This document shows, piece by piece, positions 38,099-48,975 of a stretch of 64,000 nt of DNA. The stretch lies in contig OY769916.1 of the NCBI GenBank assembly GCA_963669265.1, positions 757,973 to 821,972 on the forward strand, in the 5' to 3' direction. A model generated the notes under the pieces. It was given only the letters and a program-made list of their open reading frames with translations, searched no databases and was not told the DNA's origin. Made by a program: the position numbers and the translations under genes. Origin of the DNA: Paracoccaceae bacterium (GTDB taxonomy: Bacteria > Pseudomonadota > Alphaproteobacteria > Rhodobacterales > Rhodobacteraceae). Position 1 is the stretch's first letter, and each line of letters starts with the position of its first letter.

Positions 38099-39546
38099 TG
38101 GAGGCTCCTTATCGGTGAATAACTGGCGGCGAATTTCGCCCAGGCGTCCTCATAGGCGCTTTGCAGATCAGCGCGCGGCAAGATGGATTCCGCCACGGGC
38201 GTCGGCGTCATGACGTCGGCGACCGACGCGCCCGTAGCGCCCGCCATCGCCAAGCGCGCCGCGCCGAGCGCCGCGCCGAATTCGCCTGACTGCGGCAGAT
38301 TGATCGGTTGTCCAAGCACGGTGGCGATAACCTCCACCCAGTATCTGGACTGCGACCCGCCGCCGATCGCGAGAATGCGGTCAAGCTGCGCCCCGGTCGA
38401 TTTCAGCGCCTCGAAATTGTCCCTCAGCGCAAATGCGACGCCCTCCATGACCGCCTGCGCCAATTCGGTGGGACCGGCGCTGATGTCGAGGCCGATGAAG
38501 GCGCCGCGTACATGACTGTCGTTATGGGGAGTCCGCTCGCCTGACAGATACGGAAGGAACCGGATGTCGCCCGGCGGACCGATTTTATCGCCCAGCCCGC
38601 CCGCGAGATCCGCGGCTGTTTGGCCCGTCACCCGCGACAGCCAATTGAGGCTGTCCGTGGCGGCGAGGATCACGCCCATCTGGTACCAGGCCTTGGGGAA
38701 GGCGTGACAAAAGGTGTGAACGGCCGAGTCCGGGCTCGGCGCAAATCCGTCGCGCGCCGCCAGCAGCACGCCAGACGTGCCGAGCGAGACGAACCCGTCC
38801 CCTTCCCGAATGGCGCCAACCCCGCAGGCAGCCGCCGCATTGTCGCCGGCCCCGCCGACGACCTTCACGTCCCGCGACAATCCCAGCTCATCGGCGACAG
38901 CGCCGCGCACCGCGCCCACGACCTCGTTCCCTTCGACGAGATCCGGCATCTGATCCAGCCGCATGCCGGAGGCGTCCAGCAGGTACTGCGACCACTCCCT
39001 GCGCCGGGTGTCGAGCCAGCTCGTCCCGGCGGCGTCCGAGAGGCCGCAAATGTGCCGGCCGGTCAGCCAATGAACGAGATATCCTTTTGGCAGCAGAACC
39101 TTGTGCGTGCTTGCGAAGACATCAGGTTCATTGGCCGCGAGCCAAACCAGTTTCGGCGCGGTGAACCCCGGAAACACGATATTTCCTGACAATTCAGGCA
39201 CATCCGGCAGCGCGTTCAGACGCTCCGCCTCGACATGGCTACGGGTGTCGTTCCAGAGAATGCAGGGGCGAAGCGGCGCGTCATTCGCGCCCAGAACGAC
39301 CGCGCCATGCATCTGGCCCGACACGCCAATCGCCAAAACCTGCGCATACTCGGACGGATGCTGCTGTCTAAGCTCCGCAAGGGCGCTTCGACAGCCCGTT
39401 ATCCAATCATTGGGATTCTGTTCGCTCCAACCCGGGTTCGGATGCGACACCTCATATGCCGAATCCGACGCGCCGACCACCGAACCGTCGGGACGCAGCA
39501 GGAGCGCGCGTAATCCAGACGTGCCTAAATCCAGTCCCAGGAACAC
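38095..39546 (-). CDS. xylB: Xylulokinase (FGGY family)
   Basis: Start placed at GTG 39546 (SD 'agggga'), giving '[13 protein letters not shown]'. The track ORF begins at a TTG at 39576, inside the AT-rich operator-like repeat. It overlaps the xylA start by 4 nt. Confidence 0.9.
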   Translation of the reverse strand: MFLGLDLGTSGLRALLLRPDGSVVGASDSAYEVSHPNPGWSEQNPNDWITGCRSALAELRQQHPSEYAQVLAIGVSGQMHGAVVLGANDAPLRPCILWNDTRSHVEAERLNALPDVPELSGNIVFPGFTAPKLVWLAANEPDVFASTHKVLLPKGYLVHWLTGRHICGLSDAAGTSWLDTRRREWSQYLLDASGMRLDQMPDLVEGNEVVGAVRGAVADELGLSRDVKVVGGAGDNAAAACGVGAIREGDGFVSLGTSGVLLAARDGFAPSPDSAVHTFCHAFPKAWYQMGVILAATDSLNWLSRVTGQTAADLAGGLGDKIGPPGDIRFLPYLSGERTPHNDSHVRGAFIGLDISAGPTELAQAVMEGVAFALRDNFEALKSTGAQLDRILAIGGGSQSRYWVEVIATVLGQPINLPQSGEFGAALGAARLAMAGATGASVADVMTPTPVAESILPRADLQSAYEDAWAKFAASYSPIRSLQ

Positions 39547-39557
39547 CGCGTTTCCCC

Positions 39558-39584
39558 TATTTATTTCGATGTTCAAAATAAATA
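39558..39584. promoter_or_regulatory. AT-rich inverted repeat TATTTATTT-N9-AAATAAATA, operator candidate upstream of xylB-xylA
   Basis: Perfect 9-bp arms with the 9-bp spacer 'cgatgttca', 12 nt upstream of the proposed xylB start. Confidence 0.45.
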
Positions 39585-39661
39585 ATTTACGCGATGAGTC
39601 AACTGCGATCTGGGAGCGTCAATAAATGTAGAGACCAGCGAGAAAGCGTCCCTTTTGGCTC

Positions 39662-40345
39662 TTAAACCACCGCCACATCCAGCGAGCCGACGCCCTCGAT
39701 TTCGCCGCTCAATCTGTCGCCGCGCTGAACCGGTCCAACGCCCGAAGGCGTGCCGGTCAGAATCACGTCGCCGGGGCGGAGCGTGAAATAGTCCGAGAGC
39801 GAAGAGATCAACTCCGGGATCTTCCAGATCATCTGATTGAGATCGCCCTCTTGCCGGATCTCGCCATTGACGGTCAGTGAAATCGCGCCGGACGTCAGCA
39901 GCCCGACCTCCGCCGCTGGGATGATCGCTGAACAGGGGGCGGAATGCTCGAAGGCTTTACAGATCTCCCACGACCGGCCGAGCTCCATCTGCCGCCTTTG
40001 CAGGTCGCGACGGGTCATATCGAACGCAACGCCATAGCCGTAGACGCAGTCCATCGCGTTCTCGATTGCGATACGCTGTCCGCCGGAATTCAGGGTGACC
40101 AGCAGCTCGATCTCGTGATGCACGTCCTCAGATAAGCCAGGATAGGGAAAGTCCTGTCCCTCTGGCAGCAGATTGTCGGGATTTTTCTGGAAAAAGAACG
40201 GCGGCTCCTTGTCGGGATCGCTGCCCATCTCGACCACATGGGCCGCATAGTTGAGGCCCACGCAATAAACCCGGTGCACCGGGAAGAGGCCGTCGCCCTT
40301 GACCGGAATCGCGACCTGCTCAGGCGGCGCTAGGACAAAGCTCAT
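39662..40345 (-). CDS. Fumarylacetoacetate hydrolase (FAH)-family protein
   Basis: Start trimmed to ATG 40345 (SD 'gaaggag'). 'VYCVGLNYAAH' and 'GDVILTGTPSGVG' are FAH-family blocks. Confidence 0.85.
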   Translation of the reverse strand: MSFVLAPPEQVAIPVKGDGLFPVHRVYCVGLNYAAHVVEMGSDPDKEPPFFFQKNPDNLLPEGQDFPYPGLSEDVHHEIELLVTLNSGGQRIAIENAMDCVYGYGVAFDMTRRDLQRRQMELGRSWEICKAFEHSAPCSAIIPAAEVGLLTSGAISLTVNGEIRQEGDLNQMIWKIPELISSLSDYFTLRPGDVILTGTPSGVGPVQRGDRLSGEIEGVGSLDVAVV

Positions 40346-40396
40346 CGTCAGTGCTCCTTCTCCTTCGCCGGGCCAGCGCAAGTGCCTTAAAGAAGT

Positions 40397-41026
40397 TCAG
40401 CCCGCCCGCTCCAACGCGGCGGCTTCTCTGGCGAGGCTTTCGATCATGTCCCAGTCGCCGACCCTGACGGCGTCGGCAGGCGCGACCCAGGACCCGCCGA
40501 CGCAGGCGACGTTCTTGAGCGCGAGATAGTCCGGCGCGTTGCCGGGGGTGACGCCGCCCGTGGGGCAGAACTTGATCGCGGGCAGAGGGCCGCCCCAGGC
40601 TTTCAGCGCCGCAGCGCCGCCGTTCTGTTCGGCGGGGAAGAACTTGAGCACCTCCAGCCCGCGCTCCGCCGCCGCCATCGCCTCGGACGGGGTGGCGACG
40701 CCAGGCAGCATCGGTAATCCAGCGGCGTCCGCCGCGTCCAACAGCGTCGAGGTCCAGCCGGCTGAGACGCCGAACACGCCGCCCGCCTCCTTCACCGCGG
40801 CGACGTCCGCGGGCGTACGCATGCTGCCCGCGCCGAGAATCGCGTTGGGGACCGCCTCGGCCATCGCCCTGATCGCATCCAGCGCAACCGGCGTCCGAAG
40901 CGTCACTTCCAGCACCGGCAATCCACCCTCGACCAGCGCATGCGCGAGCGGCGCAGCCTTGGCGACATCGTCGATCACCAGAACCGGGACGACCGGCGCG
41001 AGCCCACAAATTTCAGCGATATTCAT
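40397..41026 (-). CDS. eda: 2-keto-3-deoxy-6-phosphogluconate (KDPG) aldolase
   Basis: 209 aa. 'LEVTLRTP' and 'VLKFFPAE' blocks. The start overlaps the pgi stop (TGATG). Confidence 0.9.
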   Translation of the reverse strand: MNIAEICGLAPVVPVLVIDDVAKAAPLAHALVEGGLPVLEVTLRTPVALDAIRAMAEAVPNAILGAGSMRTPADVAAVKEAGGVFGVSAGWTSTLLDAADAAGLPMLPGVATPSEAMAAAERGLEVLKFFPAEQNGGAAALKAWGGPLPAIKFCPTGGVTPGNAPDYLALKNVACVGGSWVAPADAVRVGDWDMIESLAREAAALERAG

Positions 41027-42609
41027 CAGCTCAACTCCCTAATGCGCGCGATCAGGCCCTCGGTGGAGCCGTCGGCGTCGATGTTATCACCATCCCGGAC
41101 GGCGGGGATCAGCGTCTTGGCGAGCGCCTTGCCCAACTCGACGCCCCATTGGTCATAGGAGTTTATCCCCCAAATCACGCCCTGTACGAACACCTTGTGC
41201 TCGAACAGCGCAATCAGACGGCCGAGCGCGAATGGATCGAGCCGCCGGTAGAGGATCATGGTCGACGGCCGATCGCCGGGGAACGTCCGATGGGCGCTCA
41301 GCCGGGCGATCTCGCCCTCCGGCAGACCCGCCGCGCGCATCTCAGCCTCGGCCTCCTCGGCCTTGCGGCCAAAGGCCAGCGCCTGCCCCTGCGCAAGGCA
41401 GTTGGCCAGCAGCAGGGCGTGATGCCCGGGATCAGCGTCGCGCGGCGCGGCGGCGGCGATGAAGTCGACCGGGATCACATCCGTGCCCTGATGCAGCAAT
41501 TGGAAGAACGAATGCTGGGCGTTGGTGCCCGGCTCGCCCCAGATGATCGGACCGGTGGCGGTCTCCGTCGCCTCGCCATTCAGTCGCACCCGCTTGCCGT
41601 TCGACTCCATGTCGAGCTGCTGGACATAAGCGGGCAGGCGATCCAACCGCTGATCGTATGGGATCAGCGCCGCCGTGGGCCATCCCATCACGTTGCGCCG
41701 CCAGACGCCGATCAGGGCGAGAAGCGCGGGCAGATTGCGCTCCAACGGCACCTCCCGAAAATGCCGGTCCATCGCGGCGGCGCCGGCCAGAAACTCGCGA
41801 AACTTCGCCGCGCCGATGGCGATTGCGACGGAGAGGCTGATCGCCGACCAGAGCGAGTAGCGCCCGCCGACCCAGTCCCAGAACCCGAACACACGGGCTT
41901 CGGGAATGCCGAACGCGGCGCAGGCCTCAAGATTGGTTGAGACCGCCGCCATCTGGCCGGCCGCCGCCTCGCCCAGCCAATCGCGTGCGAGCCGCGCGTT
42001 GGCCAGCGTCTCCAACGTGGTGAACGTCTTGGAGCAGACGATGACGAGCGTCCGGTCCGGATCCAGCCCCGCCACGGTGTCGGCGAAATGCGCGCCATCG
42101 ACATTCGAGACAAAATGCGGGCGCGGCCCGTCGATATCCGGCCTGAGCGCGCGCGCCGTCATGACCGGGCCGAGATCGGACCCTCCGATGCCGATATTGA
42201 CGACGTCTGTGATCGGCCCGCCGCGTCCCTGGAACGCGCCGGATCTCACCTCTTCAGCGAAGGCGAGAAAGGCGTCGAGCACCGGCGCAGGGTCCTCGCC
42301 GTCCGGCGCATCGGCGCCGCCGCGCAGCGCCATGTGCAGCACCGCCCGACCTTCGGTCTCGTTGACGAGCGCGCCTGAGAACATCGCGTCCCGTCGCGCC
42401 TCCACCTCTGCGGCGCGGGCGAGGCTCAGCAGATCCTCCAGCGCGGCGGCGTCGACCTTCTCCTTCGAGAAATCGATCGTCAGATCGTCCATCGCGACGC
42501 TGAACCTGCCGAAACGGTCCGGGTCGTCGGCGAAAAGGTCCCGCAAATGGGACGGAGCCAACCGGGCGCCCTGCGCGCGCAGTTGATCCCAGGCGAGAGA
42601 GATGGACAT
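41026..42609 (-). CDS. pgi: Glucose-6-phosphate isomerase
   Basis: 'GIGGSDLGP' and '[15 protein letters not shown]' blocks. Start placed at ATG 42609 (SD 'gaggag'); the track ORF starts at a TTG at 42627. Confidence 0.95.
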   Translation of the reverse strand: MSISLAWDQLRAQGARLAPSHLRDLFADDPDRFGRFSVAMDDLTIDFSKEKVDAAALEDLLSLARAAEVEARRDAMFSGALVNETEGRAVLHMALRGGADAPDGEDPAPVLDAFLAFAEEVRSGAFQGRGGPITDVVNIGIGGSDLGPVMTARALRPDIDGPRPHFVSNVDGAHFADTVAGLDPDRTLVIVCSKTFTTLETLANARLARDWLGEAAAGQMAAVSTNLEACAAFGIPEARVFGFWDWVGGRYSLWSAISLSVAIAIGAAKFREFLAGAAAMDRHFREVPLERNLPALLALIGVWRRNVMGWPTAALIPYDQRLDRLPAYVQQLDMESNGKRVRLNGEATETATGPIIWGEPGTNAQHSFFQLLHQGTDVIPVDFIAAAAPRDADPGHHALLLANCLAQGQALAFGRKAEEAEAEMRAAGLPEGEIARLSAHRTFPGDRPSTMILYRRLDPFALGRLIALFEHKVFVQGVIWGINSYDQWGVELGKALAKTLIPAVRDGDNIDADGSTEGLIARIRELS

Positions 42610-42623
42610 AGTCGCTTTGCTCC

Positions 42624-44429
42624 TCAAACGATCACCGCCGCGCCGGTCTCCGCCGCGCCGACGGCGCTGCGAAACGCGCCAAAGAGATCCCGGCCGACGC
42701 CCTCATGGCTGGCGGAAAGGTCGGCTGTGGCTGGGGCCCGGGCGGTGAACTCGGCCACGTCCGCCAGCACCTCCAGCGTCCCGGCCTCCGCGTCGAGCCG
42801 CACCACATCACCATCCTTAAGGCGCGCGATTGGCCCGCCGTCGACCGCCTCCGGGCTGACATGGATCGCGGCGGGCACCTTGCCGGAGGCGCCGGACATG
42901 CGCCCGTCGGTGACCAGCGCGACCTTGTGGCCCCGTCCCTGCACCACGCCCAGGGGCGGCGTCAGCGAATGAAGCTCCGGCATGCCGTTGGCCTTGGGTC
43001 CCTGAAAGCGCACGACCACCACCACGTCGCGATCCAGATCGCCCGCCTTGAACGCCGCCTTGACCGCCTCCTGATCGTGGAAGATCCGGCAGGGCGCCTC
43101 GACAACCCGGTGTTCCGGTTTGACCGCCGAGATCTTGATGACGCCGCGCCCCAGATTGCCGTCGAGCAATTGCAGCCCGCCGGTCGGCTGGAACGGATCC
43201 GCCGCCGGGCGGAGAATGCCGGGCTCGCCGCTGGCGCTGGCGCCGGCGGCCCACTCGACCGCATCGCCGATCAGATGCGGCTCGCGGGTGTAGGCCGACA
43301 GCCCCTCCCCCGCGACGGTCTTCACATCGTCATGCAGCAGGCCCGCCCGCAGCAACTCGCCGATCATGTAGCCGAGGCCGCCTGCGGCGTGGAAATGGTT
43401 CACGTCGGCCAGACCGTTCGGATAGACCTTGGCCATCAGCGGCGTGACGGCGGAGATCTCCGCCATGTCCCGCCAGTCAATCAGCACGCCCGCCGCCCGC
43501 GCCATGGCGATCAGGTGCAGCGTCAGATTGGTCGAGCCGCCGGTCGCCATCAGACCGATCATGCCGTTGACGAAGGCCTTCTCGCTCAGGACCTCGCAGG
43601 CGGGGGTGAACGCGTCGCCCTTGCCGCTGATCGCCAGCGCGCGGCGCGCGGCCTCCACCGTCAGCGCGTCCCGCAGCGGCGTGTTGGGATTGACGAAGCT
43701 CGCCCCCGGCAGGTGCAGCCCCATGAACTCCATCAGCATCTGGTTGGTGTTGGCCGTGCCGTAAAACGTGCAGGTGCCCGGCCCGTGATAGGAGGCCATC
43801 TCGGCGCGCAGCAACTCGTCCCGGCCAATCTCGCCGGTCGCATAACGCTGGCGCACCTGCGCCTTCTCGTCATTCGGCAGACCGGACGGCATCGGTCCGG
43901 CGGGCGCGAAGATCGCCGGCAGGTGGCCAAAGCTCGCCGCCGCCATCACGAGGCCCGGCACGATCTTGTCGCAAACCCCCAGAAAGATCGCCGCGTCATA
44001 GCAGTTGTGGCTGAGCGAGACCCCGGCGGCGAGCGCGATCACATCGCGGGAGAAGAGCGACAGCTCCATCCCCGGCTGGCCCTGGGTGACGCCGTCGCAC
44101 ATCGCGGGCACGCCGCCCGCCACCTGCGCCGTGCCGCCCGCCTCGCGCGCAGCGGTCTTGATGATGTCCGGAAACCGCTCGAACGGCTGATGCGCCGACA
44201 GCATGTCGTTATAGGCGGTGACGATGGCGATATTGCCGCCCCGCTCCTTGATGATGCCGGGCTTGTCCTCGCCACTCGCCGCCGTCACATGAGCCATGTT
44301 CCCGCAGCTCAGATGCGCCCGGCCCGGCCCCTCGTCGATGGCCCGCCGGCAGCGGGCGAGATAGGCCGCGCGGGCCTCTTCCGAGCGCGCCGTGATCCGC
44401 GCGGTGACAGCCTCGATCGTCGGGTTCAT
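42624..44429 (-). CDS. edd: Phosphogluconate dehydratase
   Basis: 601 aa, IlvD/Edd family ('[16 protein letters not shown]', '[13 protein letters not shown]'). Confidence 0.95.
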   Translation of the reverse strand: MNPTIEAVTARITARSEEARAAYLARCRRAIDEGPGRAHLSCGNMAHVTAASGEDKPGIIKERGGNIAIVTAYNDMLSAHQPFERFPDIIKTAAREAGGTAQVAGGVPAMCDGVTQGQPGMELSLFSRDVIALAAGVSLSHNCYDAAIFLGVCDKIVPGLVMAAASFGHLPAIFAPAGPMPSGLPNDEKAQVRQRYATGEIGRDELLRAEMASYHGPGTCTFYGTANTNQMLMEFMGLHLPGASFVNPNTPLRDALTVEAARRALAISGKGDAFTPACEVLSEKAFVNGMIGLMATGGSTNLTLHLIAMARAAGVLIDWRDMAEISAVTPLMAKVYPNGLADVNHFHAAGGLGYMIGELLRAGLLHDDVKTVAGEGLSAYTREPHLIGDAVEWAAGASASGEPGILRPAADPFQPTGGLQLLDGNLGRGVIKISAVKPEHRVVEAPCRIFHDQEAVKAAFKAGDLDRDVVVVVRFQGPKANGMPELHSLTPPLGVVQGRGHKVALVTDGRMSGASGKVPAAIHVSPEAVDGGPIARLKDGDVVRLDAEAGTLEVLADVAEFTARAPATADLSASHEGVGRDLFGAFRSAVGAAETGAAVIV

Positions 44430-44445
44430 CTCCGCCTCCTAGGGC

Positions 44446-45126
44446 TCAATCTGCGTAATGCACGATGGCGCCGTCCAACACGGCGCAGATCGGCGCCTCC
44501 AATGGATCGTCGATCACCCGCGCCTTCTCCAGCGCCGCGCGCTTCTCCTCTCCCGCGATCAGCAGATGCGTCTCGGCGGCGGCCAGCACCGGCGCGGACA
44601 GCGTGATGCGCGGCTCTCCGGCCCCCGACGCGCGGATGGCGACCACGGGGGGCGCATCGGCGCCCAACGCCTCTTCCAGCCCCACCGCGCCGGGAAAGAG
44701 CGACGCGGTGTGCATATCCGCCCCCATCCCCAAAACGGCTAGATCCAGCGGCAGAATGATCTGGCGGATCGACGTCTCGACCGCGTTCAGGCTTCCGATC
44801 GGACCCGGCGTGCCGCCATAGAGCGGCGCGAACTCGGCCGCCGCCGCCGCGCCCTTGAACAGGGTCTCGCCCAGCAGCCGTTGGTTCGAACGCGGCGAGG
44901 ACACGGGCACCCAGCGCTCATCCGTCAGCGTGACGGCGACCTTCTCCCATGGCAGATCCGCCTGCCCCAGACGCTCCAGCATCGGCGCGGGCGTCGTCCC
45001 GCCCGGAACCGCCAGGCTGGCGCGGCCTTTCTCGGCGACAAGCGCCTTCAGACGCTCCGCCAGCCGGTCGGCGAGCTTGCGCATCAGCGCCTCGCGCGAT
45101 CCATAGGTGACGATCTGCGCGTTCAT
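44446..45126 (-). CDS. pgl: 6-phosphogluconolactonase
   Basis: Start trimmed to ATG 45126, overlapping the zwf stop (ATGA). 'LAVPGGTTP' and 'LGMGADMHTASLFPG' blocks. Confidence 0.88.
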   Translation of the reverse strand: MNAQIVTYGSREALMRKLADRLAERLKALVAEKGRASLAVPGGTTPAPMLERLGQADLPWEKVAVTLTDERWVPVSSPRSNQRLLGETLFKGAAAAAEFAPLYGGTPGPIGSLNAVETSIRQIILPLDLAVLGMGADMHTASLFPGAVGLEEALGADAPPVVAIRASGAGEPRITLSAPVLAAAETHLLIAGEEKRAALEKARVIDDPLEAPICAVLDGAIVHYAD

Positions 45127-46589
45127 ACGGAGATCTCCCGCCAGCGCCTTCCGTCGCGATGCATCAGCATCAGCGCATCTTCCGGGCCGGAGGAGCCGGG
45201 ATCGTAGAGCGAGGGCCGGTCTTCGCGCGCGCGCCAGCCGTCGATGATCGGGTCGATCCACTCCCACGCGGCCTCCACCTCGTCGCCGCGCATGAATAGC
45301 GTCTGGTCGCCCCGGATCACATCCATCACCAGCCGCTCATAGGCGTCCGGCATCCGCATGCTGGTCCCTTCAAGCGTGTCGGCGAAGCTCATGTCGAGAT
45401 CGACGGGCGTCAGGCGCATGCCGCCCGGTCCCGGATCCTTGACCGTCATGGAGAGCGTGATGCCCTCATCCGGTTGCAGCCGGATCGCCAGCACGTTCGA
45501 CGCCGGCGCGCCGCTGTCGCTGGAGAAGATCGAGTGCGGCGCCGGACGGAACGTCACCGCGATCTCGGACATGCGCGCCCTCAGGCGCTTGCCGGTGCGC
45601 AGGTAAAACGGCACGCCGGACCAGCGCCAGTTCGCGACCTCCGCCTTGAGCGCGATAAAGCTCTCGGTATTGCTGCTCGCCGCCTCCGCATCGTCAATAT
45701 AGGCGGAGGCGCCGTTGACCCCGCCATACTGGCCCCGCACCACGCTCTCCGGGCCGGTGATCGGCGACAGCGCGCGCAACACCTTGAGCTTCTCGTCGCG
45801 CACCGCGTCCGGGTCGAAATGCGCGGGCGGCTCCATCGCCGTCAGGCAGAGCAGCTGCAGCAGGTGGTTCTGCACCATGTCGCGCATCGCGCCGACCCCG
45901 TCGTAATAGGGTCCGCGCCCGGCGACGCCGACGCTTTCGGCCACCGTGATCTGCACATGGTCCACATGGTGCGCGTTCCAGAGCGGCTCGAACAGCGCGT
46001 TCGCGAAGCGCAGCGCCATCAGGTTCTGCACCGTCTCTTTGCCGAGATAATGATCGATCCGGTAGATCTGGCTCTCTTCGAACCGGCCGGCGAAGTTCTG
46101 GTTCAGCGCCCGCGCCGAGGCGAGATCATGGCCCAGCGGCTTCTCGATCACGATGCGCGCGCCGCCGCCCGACAATCCAGCGTCGTGAACCCGCTCGGCG
46201 AGCGGGCCGAAAAACCGCGGCGCCACCGAAAGGTAAAACGCGCGCGGGCGGTCCGTTCCCTCCGGCAAGGCCGCTGTCAGCGCGTCCCAGCCGTCCTCGG
46301 ACGCCGCGTCGACGCGCACATAATCGATGCAGGACAGGAACCGCCGCCGCGTCTCCGCATCCAGTGCGTCGCCGCCGACGAACTCATCCAGAGCCTCGCC
46401 CGCGATGCGGCGAAACCCATCCGCATCCATCTCGCCCCGCGCCGCCCCGACAATCCGCGCCCCATCCGGCATCTGACCGTCATGGAGGCGGTGATAAAGC
46501 GCCGGGATCAGCTTGCGGCGGGCCAGATCGCCCGTCCCGCCAAACACCACCAGATCAAAAGGATCAACCGGAACAACCCGTGCGACCAT
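45123..46589 (-). CDS. zwf: Glucose-6-phosphate 1-dehydrogenase
   Basis: 'FGGTGDLARRKL' and 'RIDHYLGKE' signatures. 488 aa. Confidence 0.96.
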   Translation of the reverse strand: MVARVVPVDPFDLVVFGGTGDLARRKLIPALYHRLHDGQMPDGARIVGAARGEMDADGFRRIAGEALDEFVGGDALDAETRRRFLSCIDYVRVDAASEDGWDALTAALPEGTDRPRAFYLSVAPRFFGPLAERVHDAGLSGGGARIVIEKPLGHDLASARALNQNFAGRFEESQIYRIDHYLGKETVQNLMALRFANALFEPLWNAHHVDHVQITVAESVGVAGRGPYYDGVGAMRDMVQNHLLQLLCLTAMEPPAHFDPDAVRDEKLKVLRALSPITGPESVVRGQYGGVNGASAYIDDAEAASSNTESFIALKAEVANWRWSGVPFYLRTGKRLRARMSEIAVTFRPAPHSIFSSDSGAPASNVLAIRLQPDEGITLSMTVKDPGPGGMRLTPVDLDMSFADTLEGTSMRMPDAYERLVMDVIRGDQTLFMRGDEVEAAWEWIDPIIDGWRAREDRPSLYDPGSSGPEDALMLMHRDGRRWREISV

Positions 46590-47533
46590 CAGTTCAACTC
46601 CAGTTGAAAGGCGTCAACATCCGCCCGCCTCGGTAAATCAGCCCCACGACGACTACACGTGATCGCTGAGGCTCTGATCGCGAATTTGAGCAACTCTGCG
46701 ACATCGTCGGAATCGGCCTCCCGCAAAAGGGCGCCGCTCCTGAAATCTCGTTCCGCCAGCCCCGTGACAAGCGCAGCGTGAAACGTATCGCCCGCGCCCA
46801 CTGTGTCGGCGATAGCGACGCGCGCGCCGGGAACGGAGACGCGGCCCATCTGCCCGAAAGCTTCCGCGCCTTCGCCGCCCTTGGTGACGATCACCAGCGC
46901 AGGACCAAGCTTGAGCAGGTTCTCTGCAAGCTCAGCGACATCAACGCCAGGATAGAGCAAGTCGAGATCCTCATCGCTGACCTTGACCAGATCAGCATGA
47001 CTGGCGAACGCGCTGATCCGGTCGCGCCACAGGTCGAGATCGGATTCGACCGTCGGACGCACATTGGGGTCGAGCGTGATCAGCCGTCGTCCGGCCTCTC
47101 GCTCGACCAGCGCCAACAAACTGGCCCCGACCGGTTCGACCACCAGCGAGTAAGACCCGACATGAACGCCCCAGACATCAGGCGTAAGCTCGGGCAAGTT
47201 CTCCAGGCGCACGTCTCGATCCGCCGCGTTATCGCCATAAAACGCGTAGGCCGGGCCGCCATCCTTGTCGAGATCGACGATGCTTAGCGTGCTCGGACGC
47301 GTCGTGGCGATCAGATAGCGCGCATCCACGCCTTCCCTTATCACCGCCGCCCGCAAACGCGCGCCAAGCGAGTCCTCGGAAATGCCGGTCAGCAAGGCCG
47401 AGTCATGACCAAGCCGCGACAGACCCATCGCGACGTTAAAGGGCGACCCGCCGATACGCGCATCGAAAGAGAGGCCCGCCTCTCCCTCCATCGCAAACAG
47501 ATCCCAGAGCATTTCTCCGCAAACGAGAAACAT
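46589..47533 (-). CDS. PfkB-family carbohydrate kinase (fructokinase-like)
   Basis: 'GGSPFNVA' and 'DTVGAGDTFHAAL' motifs. It is the first gene of the ED operon, and its stop overlaps the zwf start. Confidence 0.75.
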   Translation of the reverse strand: MFLVCGEMLWDLFAMEGEAGLSFDARIGGSPFNVAMGLSRLGHDSALLTGISEDSLGARLRAAVIREGVDARYLIATTRPSTLSIVDLDKDGGPAYAFYGDNAADRDVRLENLPELTPDVWGVHVGSYSLVVEPVGASLLALVEREAGRRLITLDPNVRPTVESDLDLWRDRISAFASHADLVKVSDEDLDLLYPGVDVAELAENLLKLGPALVIVTKGGEGAEAFGQMGRVSVPGARVAIADTVGAGDTFHAALVTGLAERDFRSGALLREADSDDVAELLKFAIRASAITCSRRGADLPRRADVDAFQLELN

Positions 47534-47751
47534 CAGCGCACCAACACTTTCATCTCGACGCGGTTCGCCTCGCAGATTGCATTGGCGACCGCTTCCGGGT
47601 GGCGAGGACCGCCGCGCGGGCGATCATTGCTTTTCGCGGCCTAAATAGCCACACGGACTCACGATTCGTCAATAAATAAATCATATTGATTTTTTAATTA
47701 TATGTGGCCTTATGGGGGCAGTAAGAATTGCCAACCGGAGGTGCGCGACAC

Positions 47752-48948
47752 ATGCGCGGCGGCGACAGCAGTGGATTAAGGGCTTACAACGAGCGTCTGA
47801 TCGTCAGCGCGCTCTTGTCGGACGGCCCCATGTCCAAAGCCGCCATCGCCCGAGAGACCGGTCTCAGCGGCCAGGCGGCGACGGTCATTGTAAACGCGCT
47901 GCTGGAAAGCGGCCTCCTAATGAAGCTCGACAAGGTCCGCGGGCAGGTCGGCCAACCCTCCACGCCGATCGCGCCGAACCCGGCCGGCGCCTATTCGGTC
48001 GGCGTCAAGATCGGCCGGCGCAGCGTGGAGACCATATTGGTCAACCTGCTGGGCGAGATCATCGACTCCCATGACGAGCAATACGCCCCTCCCCTCGCCG
48101 ACCGCGCGATGTCCATCGCGGTCACTTCGGTCAAGGAGCGTCTGCGCGCGTTGGACGCGGTGGCGCTTTCCCGCGTGGTCGGCCTTGGCGTGGCGATGCC
48201 GACGGATCTGCACCTCTGGTCGAGCGAACTTGATATGCCGGAGAGCGCTTTGTCGGCCTGGCGGGACACCGATGTCGAGGGCGTGCTGCAGGACGCGTCC
48301 GGTCTGACCGCCTCCGTCTATAACGACGCGACGGCCGCCTGCGCAGCGGAACTGATCGCCGGCGGCGCGATCACGACGCAAAGCGCGTTCTATGTCTATA
48401 TCGGAACGTTTATTGGCGGCGGCGTGGTCATCGACGGGAAACTCTATCGCGGAAAGCAGTTCAACGCGGGCGCGATCGGATCGATGCCGGTCGAGCCATG
48501 TCAGGACTCCAAGCCGCCGGAACAACTGCTCCATCGCGCCTCGCTCCTCTCGCTGGAAAGCGCATTGCGGGCCGCCGGTATGGATCCGCTCATCGCGATC
48601 CGTAAAGGCGGCGTCGAGGCGGCGGAGCCGATTTTCGATGACTGGGTCGCACGCGCCGCGCCGGAGCTGGCCCGGGCCCTGGTCAGCGTCACGAGCGTGA
48701 TCGATTTCGAGGCGGTCGTCATCGACGGTTTGCTGCACGCTGACTGGCGACGCCGCTTTACCGACGCGGTGCAGGCGCACCTGAGCCGTTTCAACTCACC
48801 GGGCCTCTCGCCTATCACGGTCGTCACCGGCTCGATCGGATCGAAGGCGAGGGTTCTCGGCGCTGCGATGATGCCGCTCAGAATGCGGTTCTCGCCGGAT
48901 CTGGAGCTGATCGCCAGCGCGAGCCCACCCGCCGCGTCGAAACGCTGA
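47752..48948 (+). CDS. ROK-family transcriptional regulator
   Basis: 'LRAYNERLIVSALLSDGPMSKAAIARETGLSGQAATVIVNALLESGLL' wHTH plus a ROK sugar-kinase-like fold. Start placed at ATG 47752 (track: TTG 47728). The canonical Cys zinc motif was not seen. Confidence 0.8.
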   Translation: MRGGDSSGLRAYNERLIVSALLSDGPMSKAAIARETGLSGQAATVIVNALLESGLLMKLDKVRGQVGQPSTPIAPNPAGAYSVGVKIGRRSVETILVNLLGEIIDSHDEQYAPPLADRAMSIAVTSVKERLRALDAVALSRVVGLGVAMPTDLHLWSSELDMPESALSAWRDTDVEGVLQDASGLTASVYNDATAACAAELIAGGAITTQSAFYVYIGTFIGGGVVIDGKLYRGKQFNAGAIGSMPVEPCQDSKPPEQLLHRASLLSLESALRAAGMDPLIAIRKGGVEAAEPIFDDWVARAAPELARALVSVTSVIDFEAVVIDGLLHADWRRRFTDAVQAHLSRFNSPGLSPITVVTGSIGSKARVLGAAMMPLRMRFSPDLELIASASPPAASKR

Positions 48949-48975
48949 GACACGTTTCTTTTCAATATGCTTTTG

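Noticed and set aside
42705-44606. 633-aa plus-strand ORF
   Set aside because: It is the antisense shadow of edd/pgl. The composition is Arg/Ala/Gly-rich, typical of off-frame reading in high-GC DNA. The minus strand encodes an unmistakable phosphogluconate dehydratase.
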